A stretch of DNA of 35,933 bases from an archaeon (GTDB lineage Archaea; Nanobdellota; Nanobdellia; WJKC01). The notes below the pieces were generated by a model. The model searched no databases. It was not told where the DNA came from and saw only the letters and a program-made list of their open reading frames with translations. Made by a program: the position numbers and the translations under genes. Shown piece after piece: positions 1 to 9,630 of the stretch (position 1 is its first letter; every line of letters begins with the position of its first letter). Location: positions 1 through 35,933 of the forward strand of contig WJKC01000005.1 of the NCBI GenBank assembly GCA_014729335.1, written 5' to 3'.

Positions 1-144
1 CTTGACGGCAACATTGGCCAGAACCAGATTGAAACATTAGACATAACAGATTTTGGCAACGTGATGGTCCAGAACGATACTTATGGTATTAAGATAACAC
101 TGCCCGGCGGAGTCGAGGGAACAAGCGACTGCATTGCACAGTAA
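1..144 (+). CDS. 3' end of a gene truncated by the window edge, probably pilin-like/secreted
   Basis: Open frame 1 LDGNIGQNQIETLDITDFGNVMVQNDTYGIKITLPGGVEGTSDCIAQ* ending at TAA 142-144; beta-rich tail directly upstream of the pilus locus; product inferred from context only. Confidence 0.5.
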   Translation, partial: LDGNIGQNQIETLDITDFGNVMVQNDTYGIKITLPGGVEGTSDCIAQ

Positions 145-184
145 CTGTAAACTTATTAAATCCTAGGGTATTCATTATCTATTA

Positions 185-1084
185 ATGAGGGGTCAGTCCG
201 CAATAATCAGCACCGTCTTACTAAGCGGTATAATCCTTGCCATTGTAAGCGCTACTTTCATCTGGGGTCAGCCGTTGGTTCAGAAAACAACTGATAAGGT
301 TAAGATTGACACTATAGTTGATGACTTAACACTGATTAAGGATAATATAGAGCATACGCAGCAGACTGGCAGCCCGTCAGTTGTTAACTTAAACATCCAG
401 GACGCTACTTATCACATCATGCCTGATGAGAATGGAATTGTGGTTAGGACTACTACTCTAATACCTGTCATAACCTCTTATACTTACATACCTATTAGTT
501 ACACTGAGTTAGCTTATGAAACAGAGTTAACTGACGTGGACACATCTCAAACAATCACTGGGGTCAGCACGCCGCCCGGCTATGACGGCGGCGACATACA
601 CTTTGGCAACGTGACGCTTGAAGGAACTCTTTATAACGTGACTGTCTACGTCACTGATAACACTGTTTATGACCACGTCTGCATTTATCAGGGAAGTGAT
701 ATTAGTGACTTAAACACTGAATGCGCAGAGGAGCTTGGGTCAATTAACAAGGCAGGCACTGATTTTACAATCTCATGGGTTAACAGTGACGGCAACGAGG
801 TAATAATCAGCGGTGGTGAGAAAGAGAACATTGGCATTCTTGGAAGCGATCCTGCAGGGATTATTGCAGGCAAGAGCCAGCCGGTCAGCAACCAGCAGCA
901 GGTCAGTCTTAAACTAGCTTACAGGTCATTAAAGGATGCTAATAATCGTAATTATAAGACTTTTATTGAATGCAGTGTTGGGTGCAGGGCTACAACAGGT
1001 GTTCATCGGTTAAGAATTGAGCGGACAAGGGTTGAGCGAACATCCAATAATACTTATTACTACGTCAAAGCTTACTTTGAGTAA
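185..1084 (+). CDS. Class III signal peptide (type IV pilin-like) protein
   Basis: N-terminus MRG|QSAIISTVLLSGIILAIVSATFIWG: basic residue, Gly, Gln+1 and a hydrophobic helix; precedes the pilus ATPase. Confidence 0.8.
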   Translation: MRGQSAIISTVLLSGIILAIVSATFIWGQPLVQKTTDKVKIDTIVDDLTLIKDNIEHTQQTGSPSVVNLNIQDATYHIMPDENGIVVRTTTLIPVITSYTYIPISYTELAYETELTDVDTSQTITGVSTPPGYDGGDIHFGNVTLEGTLYNVTVYVTDNTVYDHVCIYQGSDISDLNTECAEELGSINKAGTDFTISWVNSDGNEVIISGGEKENIGILGSDPAGIIAGKSQPVSNQQQVSLKLAYRSLKDANNRNYKTFIECSVGCRATTGVHRLRIERTRVERTSNNTYYYVKAYFE

Positions 1085-1151
1085 CAATAAAAGTACTTAA
1101 ATCAGGAAATTTTTAATAAATAATAAGTTTGAGGGAGCTGAAGCACTAATT

Positions 1152-3104
1152 ATGGCAAAGGATTTTTATAAAAAATTATCAGAAAGGCTTAAGAAGGCTA
1201 AGGAAGAATTAGAAAAGAGTAAAAAAGAAGCCCCTCCAAAGAAAGAAGAAGCAGAGGTTCCTGAGAAGCCCTCACTGCCTCCATCTCTGCCTAAAAAACC
1301 ATCCATGCCTTCAGTTCAAGCGCCTCAGATGCCGGTCAGGACTCCTAGAGTGGTTGAGCAGCCTAAAATATTAGTAGCTCCTCCTCAGCAAGCCCCTGCG
1401 CCGCAGGCGCCAACTATTGCTCCTACAAAGGGTCCTGCCAAGCCCAGTATTGTTAAAGAAAGAGAGATGGGCGGCATAAGTGTCACAGAGTTGGAGGGAG
1501 AGGCGCCAACAACCATTAAGTATAAGCCGATAAGCATGGAGATGCCTGAGGAATTCGAGGCTGGGGGCGGGGGCGAAGTAGTTGCCAAGGAGTACATCCA
1601 GAAGCTTAAAAAAGTTGATGACAGGTTCCCGTTGATTAATCTTACAATTAAAGGGGAGAAGGTGACTGTTGCCTGGGGCCGTATCAGCTGGCATGATGAG
1701 ATAAACAACCTTGTCTACGAGGTTAATGAACCGCCATTGAATGATAAGTTAAAAAAAGTGCTTCAGGAATCAAAGACTCTTTTAAGGCAGAAACTTGACA
1801 TTGACTTTACTAAGATAAGGGTTGAGAAGGCTTATGAGTACTTAATGAACCGTTTTGATGAGATAAGTAATGAGATAGCGCCTGACATCACTTCTAAGGA
1901 TAAGATAGTGCTTCAATACTACGTGTTCAGGGATTTTATCGGCCTTGGCAGGATTGAAGCACTGCTCCATGACCAGAACATTGAGGATATTCACTGTGAC
2001 GGTTTCAACATTCCATTATTCATCACTCACCGAAACCCTACTTATGGCGAACTGCAGACCAATATTCTCTTCCAGACCAAGGAGGAACTGGATTCATTCG
2101 TCCTTAGGCTAGCTCAGAAGTGCGGCAAGGCTTTAAGCGTTGCCGAACCTTTAATGGACGGCAGCCTGCCTGACGGCAGCCGAGTTCAGATAACTTACGG
2201 CACTGATATCGCAATGAGGGGAAGCAACTTCACTATCAGGAAGTTCACTGAGAAGCCTATAACACCTGTTGACGAGCTGGACTTCGGCACTGCCAGCCCC
2301 GAGATATGCGCTTATTTGTGGATGGCTGTGGAGTCAGGCTTGTCTATAATGGTTGCTGGTGCAACTGCTACTGGTAAGACCAGTTTCCTGAACGCTCTAT
2401 CATTATTTATTAAACCTGAGTTAAAAATCATCAGTATTGAGGACACGCCTGAGTTAAGGCTGCCTCACCCTAACTGGATTCCAGTGGTTGCCAGAGGCGG
2501 GTTCGGGGTTAAGGGTTATGGCGAGGTAACGATGTTTGACCTGCTTAAAAGCGCTTTAAGGCAGCGGCCTAACTTCGTAATCGTTGGCGAGGTCAGGGGC
2601 AAGGAGGCTTACGTCATGTTCCAGGGAATGGCGACCGGCCACCCAAGCATGGGGACCCTGCACGCTGACAGCCTGCCAGCAGTTATTGACCGTTTGACCA
2701 CTGAGCCTATTAACATTCCTAAACCAATGCTTGAGAACCTTGACTTAATAGTTTTCCTGGTTCAGACCAAGCGCAAAGGAGAGTATGTTAGAAGGGTTAA
2801 CGAAACAGTTGAGATTGTCGGCTATAATCCTCAGAATAGGAACTTAATCACTAATCGTTCGTTCAGATGGGATTCTGAGAACGACCGGTTCTTATTGTTA
2901 AAAAGCATACTACTAGATAAGATTAGGGAGAAAATGGGTTACTCAGTTGGTGAGTTAAAATCCGACCTGGTTAGACGAATTAAACTGCTTAAGTGGCTTC
3001 AGGAAAACCGGGTTAAAGATTACCGGGAAGTCGCTAGGTACTTCAACTTGTATTACACTAATCCAGAAAGGGTTGAAAAACTAGTGAGGCGCAGCAAGAA
3101 ATGA
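1152..3104 (+). CDS. Type II/IV secretion system ATPase (VirB11/TadA/ArlI family) with Pro/Lys/Glu-rich N-terminal extension
   Basis: Walker A GATATGKT, Asp box SIEDTPEL, Walker B LRQRPNFVIVGEVRG, His box GHPSMGTLHA. Confidence 0.95.
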   Translation: MAKDFYKKLSERLKKAKEELEKSKKEAPPKKEEAEVPEKPSLPPSLPKKPSMPSVQAPQMPVRTPRVVEQPKILVAPPQQAPAPQAPTIAPTKGPAKPSIVKEREMGGISVTELEGEAPTTIKYKPISMEMPEEFEAGGGGEVVAKEYIQKLKKVDDRFPLINLTIKGEKVTVAWGRISWHDEINNLVYEVNEPPLNDKLKKVLQESKTLLRQKLDIDFTKIRVEKAYEYLMNRFDEISNEIAPDITSKDKIVLQYYVFRDFIGLGRIEALLHDQNIEDIHCDGFNIPLFITHRNPTYGELQTNILFQTKEELDSFVLRLAQKCGKALSVAEPLMDGSLPDGSRVQITYGTDIAMRGSNFTIRKFTEKPITPVDELDFGTASPEICAYLWMAVESGLSIMVAGATATGKTSFLNALSLFIKPELKIISIEDTPELRLPHPNWIPVVARGGFGVKGYGEVTMFDLLKSALRQRPNFVIVGEVRGKEAYVMFQGMATGHPSMGTLHADSLPAVIDRLTTEPINIPKPMLENLDLIVFLVQTKRKGEYVRRVNETVEIVGYNPQNRNLITNRSFRWDSENDRFLLLKSILLDKIREKMGYSVGELKSDLVRRIKLLKWLQENRVKDYREVARYFNLYYTNPERVEKLVRRSKK

Positions 3105-3964
3105 ATTACGGGGAGTTCAGTTACAAGTTATTCCACGATTTTTCAAAAAAGTACTCTTATTTATTCAAGGATATTCAAGAGGACCTGTTAGAATCAAACA
3201 TTAAATACTCTGTTCAGGAGTACTTCGCTTCAATGGTGATGACCCTGATAATATCAACACCACTGATAGCTGTTTTCACAATAGGTTTATTCATATTAGT
3301 TAGTGACTTATTAATCTCAATAATAGGCGCCTTAATCTTCTATTCACTGGTTGCAGCAGGCATCATAGCCTTATTCTACTTATACCCATCCCAGCAGGCA
3401 TCTAGTATTGAGAAGCGGATTGAGAACGCGCTTCACTTCGCGGTTATTTATATGGAAACGCTCGCCGGCACCGGAGCGCCGCCACACTTATTATTCAGGA
3501 TTCTGGGCTCGTTTGAGGAGTTCAGCGAGATTTCAAAAATCTCCCGCAAGATAAGCAGGGATATTGAGATATTCGGTATGGACCCTGCTGAGGCTATCAG
3601 CAAGGCAGCTGAGAAGACGCCTTCACCTAACATGAAAGAACTGTTATGGGGTATGAAGGCCACCATCACTTCAGGCGGCGACTTAAAATTATACCTTAGT
3701 GAGAAGGCAAGGGCTTTTGCAAATGATTACAGGCGGAAACTAGAGGAGTTCACCCAGATATTAGCGGTCCTATTAGAGATTTACATCACCATAGTTATTG
3801 TTGGAAGCGTATTAATATTAGTGCTGACAACCATTATGAGCTTATTAAGCGGGGGGATAGCAGGGCTTGCAGAACTGCAGTTAGTACTTGTGACTATAGG
3901 CTTGCCATTCATGTCAGTAATCTTCATATTATTAATTAAGTCATCAAGCCCGTCAGAGGTGTAG
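3101..3964 (+). CDS. Type II secretion system F family (TadC/ArlJ-like) membrane platform protein
   Basis: Several TM helices plus cytoplasmic T2SSF-like segment (IENALHFAVIYMETLAGTG...GMDPAEAISKAAEKTPS...SGGDL); 4-nt overlap with the ATPase. Confidence 0.9.
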   Translation: MNYGEFSYKLFHDFSKKYSYLFKDIQEDLLESNIKYSVQEYFASMVMTLIISTPLIAVFTIGLFILVSDLLISIIGALIFYSLVAAGIIALFYLYPSQQASSIEKRIENALHFAVIYMETLAGTGAPPHLLFRILGSFEEFSEISKISRKISRDIEIFGMDPAEAISKAAEKTPSPNMKELLWGMKATITSGGDLKLYLSEKARAFANDYRRKLEEFTQILAVLLEIYITIVIVGSVLILVLTTIMSLLSGGIAGLAELQLVLVTIGLPFMSVIFILLIKSSSPSEV

Positions 3965-3973
3965 TATGGAATT

Positions 3974-5092
3974 ATGAATAAGCGAGAGAAATTAATCTTA
4001 TTAGCAAGTGTTATCTCAGCCCTGGTGTTATTCATAGGGGGGATGTTCTTCTCAAGCTTTGATCCTCTAATCCTAGGATACCTGGGTATTATCAGCTTAA
4101 TGATAGTAATCTTTCCCTACTCACTAACCGTTTACCTGGCTGTTAGGAAGGCTAAGACAATGGAGAACTTCTTCCCAAGGTTCCTGATGGACGTTGCTGA
4201 GAGCAAGAGAGCGGGCATGACTATCCCTAAAGGAATAGAGTTAAGCGCTGAGACTGATTACGGACCGCTCACCCCTCATATTAAACAAGTAAGGAATCAG
4301 TTATCATGGGGGGTTCCTTTCCCAGAAACAATTAAACTATTATCTGAAAGAATAACACATAGTTCTTATATTAAGCGGGGGCTGGCCATCTTACTAGAAG
4401 CTTATTACTCCGGCGGCAAAGTAGCTGATACAATGGAGGCGGTTGCTGAGAGCACAAGGGTTCTTAAAGAAGTGGAGAAGGAGCGTGAGTCAATGCTTCA
4501 GCAGCAGTTAATAATCGTGTACTTAATTCACTTCATATTCGTGGGAATCCTGGTAGCTCTTTATAGAATACTTATTCCATTACTAACCTTTCAAGGAGGA
4601 GGCGGTTCAACACTAGTCACTGCTTTTGGCGGAGGCGAGGCTCCGCCGCTTAACTTTTATAAACTATTATTCTTCCTGACCATGACCATTCAGTCATTAA
4701 GCAACGGAATAGTGGCGGGTGTTACTAAGGAGGGGAGTATATCAAGCGGCACCAAGCACGCTGGTGTAATGATTACTATCTCATTATTTGTCTATACCGC
4801 TTTTATCTTCCCCCAGATGTTCACGATTAACGCTATCAGCTCTAAAGGGGAGTTAACAACTAATGAGCCAATAGAGTTTTACGGCAGCTTGACATTGGAG
4901 AATGAGCCGTTAAGCGGTGTTGAGGTAGAGGTTGATTTTGGAGGCAAGAGCGCTTCCGGAGTAACTGATGAGTACGGCGACTTTAATATCAAGATGCGTT
5001 CACCAACTGTTCCCGGCTCATATAACGTAGTACTGGAGGCTGAGTATGAGGGTCTTACAACCACGCAAACCCTTCTTGTCAACGTTAAGTAA
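3974..5092 (+). CDS. Second TadC-like platform protein with a C-terminal Ig/carboxypeptidase-regulatory-like domain
   Basis: FPRFLMDVAESKRAGMTI...QLSWGVPF...SGG T2SSF signature; after the last TM comes a beta-rich segment GSLTLENEPLSGVEVEV...TDEYGDFNI...PGSYNVVLEA. Confidence 0.88.
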   Translation: MNKREKLILLASVISALVLFIGGMFFSSFDPLILGYLGIISLMIVIFPYSLTVYLAVRKAKTMENFFPRFLMDVAESKRAGMTIPKGIELSAETDYGPLTPHIKQVRNQLSWGVPFPETIKLLSERITHSSYIKRGLAILLEAYYSGGKVADTMEAVAESTRVLKEVEKERESMLQQQLIIVYLIHFIFVGILVALYRILIPLLTFQGGGGSTLVTAFGGGEAPPLNFYKLLFFLTMTIQSLSNGIVAGVTKEGSISSGTKHAGVMITISLFVYTAFIFPQMFTINAISSKGELTTNEPIEFYGSLTLENEPLSGVEVEVDFGGKSASGVTDEYGDFNIKMRSPTVPGSYNVVLEAEYEGLTTTQTLLVNVK

Positions 5093-5831
5093 GAAGGCGG
5101 CAGTAATTGATATTGATATAATAGTAGCTTATCTTTTATTCATTTCAACAATAATCCTGATGATTAACTACGCGCTCGGGCTAACCGCTCCTTTCAGCAC
5201 TAGTATTGAATCAATTGAGAAAGAGAAGAACACTATAGCAGTAAGGGATGGGTTGAAAACCAGTTTTGGCAAGAACGAGTTTAACAGTTTATGCAATGTT
5301 GACTACATTAACCTCAGGCGCTTCAGTCTTACTTATGAAGTGATGGGTTTTGAAATGCCTTACACTGACTCTGAGCACATCACGCCCAGCCACCTTAACG
5401 GGTCAGTGGTTTTCTGGCGTGAAAACGAGGTTCTGCACGTATCAACCGGCAGCAATGCTTCATCAGAGTTCATTAGTGTTGAGGTAGTAATACCTGAAGA
5501 CGCCAGCGTCACTAACATATCATTGGAGGGCGGGGATTCTTTCAGTGTTGATTATGACTCTTTCAACAACTTACTAGTCAGTCTTGACTCAGATGTCAGT
5601 AACGGAGACGTTGATGAAATAACAATTAAGCCGGTTAGGGGTATTGTTAGTTTCAGACTCTACGGTGTTAACAAGACAAGCTGTTATATCGGGCTGATGC
5701 CGCTCAGTAATTACTGCGGCACTAAGGGGATAACAGGAGCTCGTACTAGTTTCAACCGCTATGGTTTAATGACTGATGAGCGGACAGAGTACTATGTTAA
5801 ACTATTAGGTGATATCTGGTGGACAAGCTAG
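5046..5831 (+). CDS. Pilin-like protein with class III-type signal (likely start TTG 5076)
   Basis: SKKA|AVIDIDIIVAYLLFISTIILMINY: basic stretch then hydrophobic helix with an acidic residue near +5; translationally coupled within the operon. Confidence 0.65.
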   Translation: MRVLQPRKPFLSTLSKKAAVIDIDIIVAYLLFISTIILMINYALGLTAPFSTSIESIEKEKNTIAVRDGLKTSFGKNEFNSLCNVDYINLRRFSLTYEVMGFEMPYTDSEHITPSHLNGSVVFWRENEVLHVSTGSNASSEFISVEVVIPEDASVTNISLEGGDSFSVDYDSFNNLLVSLDSDVSNGDVDEITIKPVRGIVSFRLYGVNKTSCYIGLMPLSNYCGTKGITGARTSFNRYGLMTDERTEYYVKLLGDIWWTS

Positions 5832-6808
5832 CCTTTGTTAAGACCCTGGAGGCAATACTAGCAGCGGTAGTGGCAGTATCGCTTTATAATTTTCTTCAGA
5901 CCTACTCCAGCGGACAGGTTGAAGCCTTTACCAGGCCCCCTGACACCCTGCTTAATGACTTCCTGGATAATATTGACTTAAACAGCGTGGTTAATGAATA
6001 TGACTACCTAACTCTTGACTCATTGTTTAGTAATTTGTTCTATGAAACCATTTATTATTATTTTGAACCGGTTTATCATGAAAAACTACTGGTTAGTGGT
6101 GATAATGGCTCGCCCCGCAATATCAGCTTCATCTATCACTTCCCATTAGGAGTTGATAAGAATTCTGTCAGGGTTTTCTCCAGCAACTATGAGTTAAACA
6201 CAAACGCCTTATTTAACTGGCGCCGGGTGCCGTTAAACTTTAATGAATCAATAAGTGATGAGCACCTGAAGTTCAACATAACAATTGATGAACAAGGGGT
6301 TAATAATCAGTCACTAAGATTCTTTATTAGGGGTAAAGAGTCAGTGCTGTCAATAACTGACTGGGTTGAAGGTCCTTCAACAATTAACGCTTCAATCATC
6401 AGCTACATACCTGAGCTGGCGTCAGGCGAGTTATGCTATGTTTATTACTCAACAGGGTTGTTAAACAATGCCTCTTACCCGTTACTAAGCGAGAGTAAGG
6501 AGGCTCAAGCAACTATTTATAATTCACAGGAAGCCAGGACAGCTGACGTGTTATTCAGTGCTGAGAGCCTTGGCTCTGAAACCAGCACTTACCACGTTAA
6601 GTACTCCTTGTTCAGCGAGAACCCTGATAACTATGCCGAGATAACTAATATTAATAATACGGGCGTGACCCTTGAAATAAAAGAGGATGAAATAAAGGGG
6701 GGTTCAGCGCCTTACAGCGCAACCATTAGGGGAGAGAACGCTGTTAAAAGAGTGCTGCCAATAGACAACGGCTTTGTTGAGTTAACAGTTTATGGAGGCT
6801 ACTCATGA
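5819..6808 (+). CDS. Pilin-like protein with class III-type signal
   Basis: MDKLA|FVKTLEAILAAVVAVSL; followed by an N-x-S/T-rich extracellular domain. Confidence 0.65.
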   Translation: MDKLAFVKTLEAILAAVVAVSLYNFLQTYSSGQVEAFTRPPDTLLNDFLDNIDLNSVVNEYDYLTLDSLFSNLFYETIYYYFEPVYHEKLLVSGDNGSPRNISFIYHFPLGVDKNSVRVFSSNYELNTNALFNWRRVPLNFNESISDEHLKFNITIDEQGVNNQSLRFFIRGKESVLSITDWVEGPSTINASIISYIPELASGELCYVYYSTGLLNNASYPLLSESKEAQATIYNSQEARTADVLFSAESLGSETSTYHVKYSLFSENPDNYAEITNINNTGVTLEIKEDEIKGGSAPYSATIRGENAVKRVLPIDNGFVELTVYGGYS

Positions 6809-9630
6809 GGCGCAGGGGCCAGTTCTTTATTGCAACAGTGGTTTTAATAGCCTTGACACTGTCTGTCACCACTTTGAACCTGAACGTTCCAAAAGAGTTG
6901 AAGATTAGCCAGTTAATAATCACTGATGAGTCAGTCAGCAACGCCTTGTTTGTTAAGAGGACTCTGGGAGAACTGGGCAATTATTTCAGACAGAACTGGT
7001 TAATGCCTTACACTCATCGGACTGTGATAAGCACTGAGAACAACTTCACCCTGCGTGACTATACAGTAGAAGCTGTTATTAACCTGCCTGATAACGCTTA
7101 CCCTGACGCCCTGATGCTCACTGATGATAGTAACAACCCTGTCCCTTTTAATGTTGAGTGGAGCAACAGGGGTGCTCGTGAAGGAATAATCTATACCCAG
7201 TCAACTGCTAACTCGCTTGATGATAATACTTATTACTTGTACTACACAGTGACCGGCGACGGGGTTGAAGGTTTTAACCAAGAGCAGCAGGTCTTCTACG
7301 GGGAGTCAGGCAACACTATCTGGGTTAGAACCGGTAATTATTACGTTGAGATTGATAAGAACGCCGGCGGGAGCATCAGTTTATTGGAGAACTCTGAGAC
7401 CCAGGACAACCTAGTGCTTTTTGATAACATCATTACCTGTAACTCGGTTGATTATCCTCTAAGCAGCGCTGGCAACCAGGAGGTAACAATCACTGACAAG
7501 GAGTACTACATTAAAGTCGTCTTCACTGGAACCCGGTTTGTTAATGAAACCTATGAGTTAACTCAGTTATTCTTTCCCGATAAGATATTAATCATTGATG
7601 AGATGAGGATAGTATCGCCGTCTGAATGCAACTGGGGTTCAAAACTAGTGGTTGATAAGAATTACCTTATGAACTATGTTGATAGTGAAGGCAACACTTG
7701 GGAGCCGGCGCCGGTCAGGGCTGAGGAGTTCGTGACTAATGGTGAATGGTTTGAGTTATACAGGGGGGCTTATGGTCTGGGGCTGGCAGGAGACAACGCG
7801 TCCCCAATCTATGCTTCATCTGATGCTAGTGAGAACCGGGCTGTAAAGAGAATGTTTAGTTCAGAGACAACAATGTCAGGCACTTATATTAATAATATCA
7901 GTTTAATACCATTAATCAAGATTGGGTTAAACCAGACTAGACAATATAGTAAGACAACCGCCACCACTACTAATCAAGTATTCACTGAGGAGTTGAACGC
8001 TTTATTTGAATTACTTGATAATTACTTCTATGATGTTAACGCCGTGGTCACTCATAACGAGGAGATTGGGGTTTTTGATGAAGGGTATCGTAATATCACT
8101 TCATGGTTCAGCAACTATACAACCAGGAACCTGTTCTTCACCTCAGGACCTAATTCACTGGTGCCGCTTGAAACTGGTTTGTCACTAAAACAAGGGTTTG
8201 ATCCTAACTCAGTTGCTTTTTATAGCAAGGGCTTAATACCTCACCAGGTGAGCACTGATAATTATCACAACTCGTCCTGTTTTAAGTCACTTAATAATTC
8301 TATTGTGAATCACTCGTTATTATTATTCAACCCTGACGGGCAGTCGTTTGACGTCACTATCACTAAACAGGGAGCTAATGATTTAACAACCAGTATTTAC
8401 TACCCTAATGGCTCGCTAATTAATGATTTTACTTTCAACACCAGCCCTTACAGCCTTGGTTTGATTAACCCTTCTCAAGCAGGTTTTTACCAGTTTGATT
8501 TTAATGGTTCTGACACTTTCTCAATTAACTCAACCCTTCCTAAAACCATTGTGCGGACGCCGGTTGGTTTATCAAATAACAGTCCTTTAAAATTAGTTGT
8601 TGATGAAGGAGTTGACTTAATAGAAATAAACATAACTACTTACTCATCTAACACTCAATTATTTGAATTATATAACTCTCTTGGTAACAAGGTTTATAAC
8701 CTCACCCACTCAGCTCCCGGCGCTTCACAGTTTAACGTGTCAGTAACGCCCTGCATTAGCAGCTGTGCTTACGAGTTAAGAATCAGCAACCCCGGACCCT
8801 TCATGTTTAACACCTCGCCGATTAACTACGTCAGCTTCAGTGATGACTACCTGATTAACCCCGAGAGCCCTGAAATCACCCTAGTAAGCGTCAGCAAGCC
8901 AGGAACTAAGTACGTTTACTATGATACTAATACTTCAATTAACAAACCAGTTTATACTAGTGACCTGGTATACTCTGAGAGCGACTTCGAGGTTAATAAC
9001 TCTTTTATCAGCTTTGACCTTGATGACCTTGAATTCTATTACGCGGGGCGTGAATGGCTTGGGTCAAGGGGCTGGACCAGCTGCACAACAAGCTGTGTTA
9101 ACTCATTCAGTGACTTAAGGTTTGTTGAAAAGGGCAGCGAGCGGGTTGTTGTTGAAGCTGATACAAGCGTGGGGGTTAAGTACTTGTTCCACTTCTATCC
9201 TAACACTTCTTACTTTAAAATCACCACTAATGCCAGCTCCAGTCACTCTTTTGGTCCTGGGTGGAGGGTTAATAATACTGACGACCTTTACTATTCATTC
9301 AAGGACTCAGGCTCCAAGTTATTAGGAGACGCTAATAATTACTTGTTTAAACATAATCTTACTGGGCCGCGCTCTTACGTTACTAAGAGTGATGAGTCAT
9401 GCAGTGCTTCAATAATACTTGACACCAATGTCTTGGAAGCTAATAATTCAGTGAAGATTAATGACACCTCAATCATAATAAAAGCTTACAAGCCAGGCAC
9501 TTACGGCTTCCTGGTCAACGAGGGCGCTGCTGATTACCTTGAATCAGTCATCACTAACCAGTATGGCTTAAGAGTCAGGTATGTTTATGACTCAAGCACC
9601 CTGGTCATGAACGGGGACTTATTTACTTAA
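6805..9630 (+). CDS. Large (941 aa) class III signal peptide protein, putative adhesin/minor pilin
   Basis: MRRRG|QFFIATVVLIALTLSV; Asn/Ser/Thr-rich beta domains with many N-glycosylation sequons; the W..PY.HR..I...YYLYY segment resembles DUF2341-type domains. Confidence 0.75.
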   Translation: MRRRGQFFIATVVLIALTLSVTTLNLNVPKELKISQLIITDESVSNALFVKRTLGELGNYFRQNWLMPYTHRTVISTENNFTLRDYTVEAVINLPDNAYPDALMLTDDSNNPVPFNVEWSNRGAREGIIYTQSTANSLDDNTYYLYYTVTGDGVEGFNQEQQVFYGESGNTIWVRTGNYYVEIDKNAGGSISLLENSETQDNLVLFDNIITCNSVDYPLSSAGNQEVTITDKEYYIKVVFTGTRFVNETYELTQLFFPDKILIIDEMRIVSPSECNWGSKLVVDKNYLMNYVDSEGNTWEPAPVRAEEFVTNGEWFELYRGAYGLGLAGDNASPIYASSDASENRAVKRMFSSETTMSGTYINNISLIPLIKIGLNQTRQYSKTTATTTNQVFTEELNALFELLDNYFYDVNAVVTHNEEIGVFDEGYRNITSWFSNYTTRNLFFTSGPNSLVPLETGLSLKQGFDPNSVAFYSKGLIPHQVSTDNYHNSSCFKSLNNSIVNHSLLLFNPDGQSFDVTITKQGANDLTTSIYYPNGSLINDFTFNTSPYSLGLINPSQAGFYQFDFNGSDTFSINSTLPKTIVRTPVGLSNNSPLKLVVDEGVDLIEINITTYSSNTQLFELYNSLGNKVYNLTHSAPGASQFNVSVTPCISSCAYELRISNPGPFMFNTSPINYVSFSDDYLINPESPEITLVSVSKPGTKYVYYDTNTSINKPVYTSDLVYSESDFEVNNSFISFDLDDLEFYYAGREWLGSRGWTSCTTSCVNSFSDLRFVEKGSERVVVEADTSVGVKYLFHFYPNTSYFKITTNASSSHSFGPGWRVNNTDDLYYSFKDSGSKLLGDANNYLFKHNLTGPRSYVTKSDESCSASIILDTNVLEANNSVKINDTSIIIKAYKPGTYGFLVNEGAADYLESVITNQYGLRVRYVYDSSTLVMNGDLFT

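Noticed and set aside
1152..5092. Archaellum (arlI/arlJ) operon
   Set aside because: Two short TadC-like genes rather than one long ArlJ; no arlH, arlF/G or archaellin with the typical GIGTLIVFIAMVLVAAV N-terminus.
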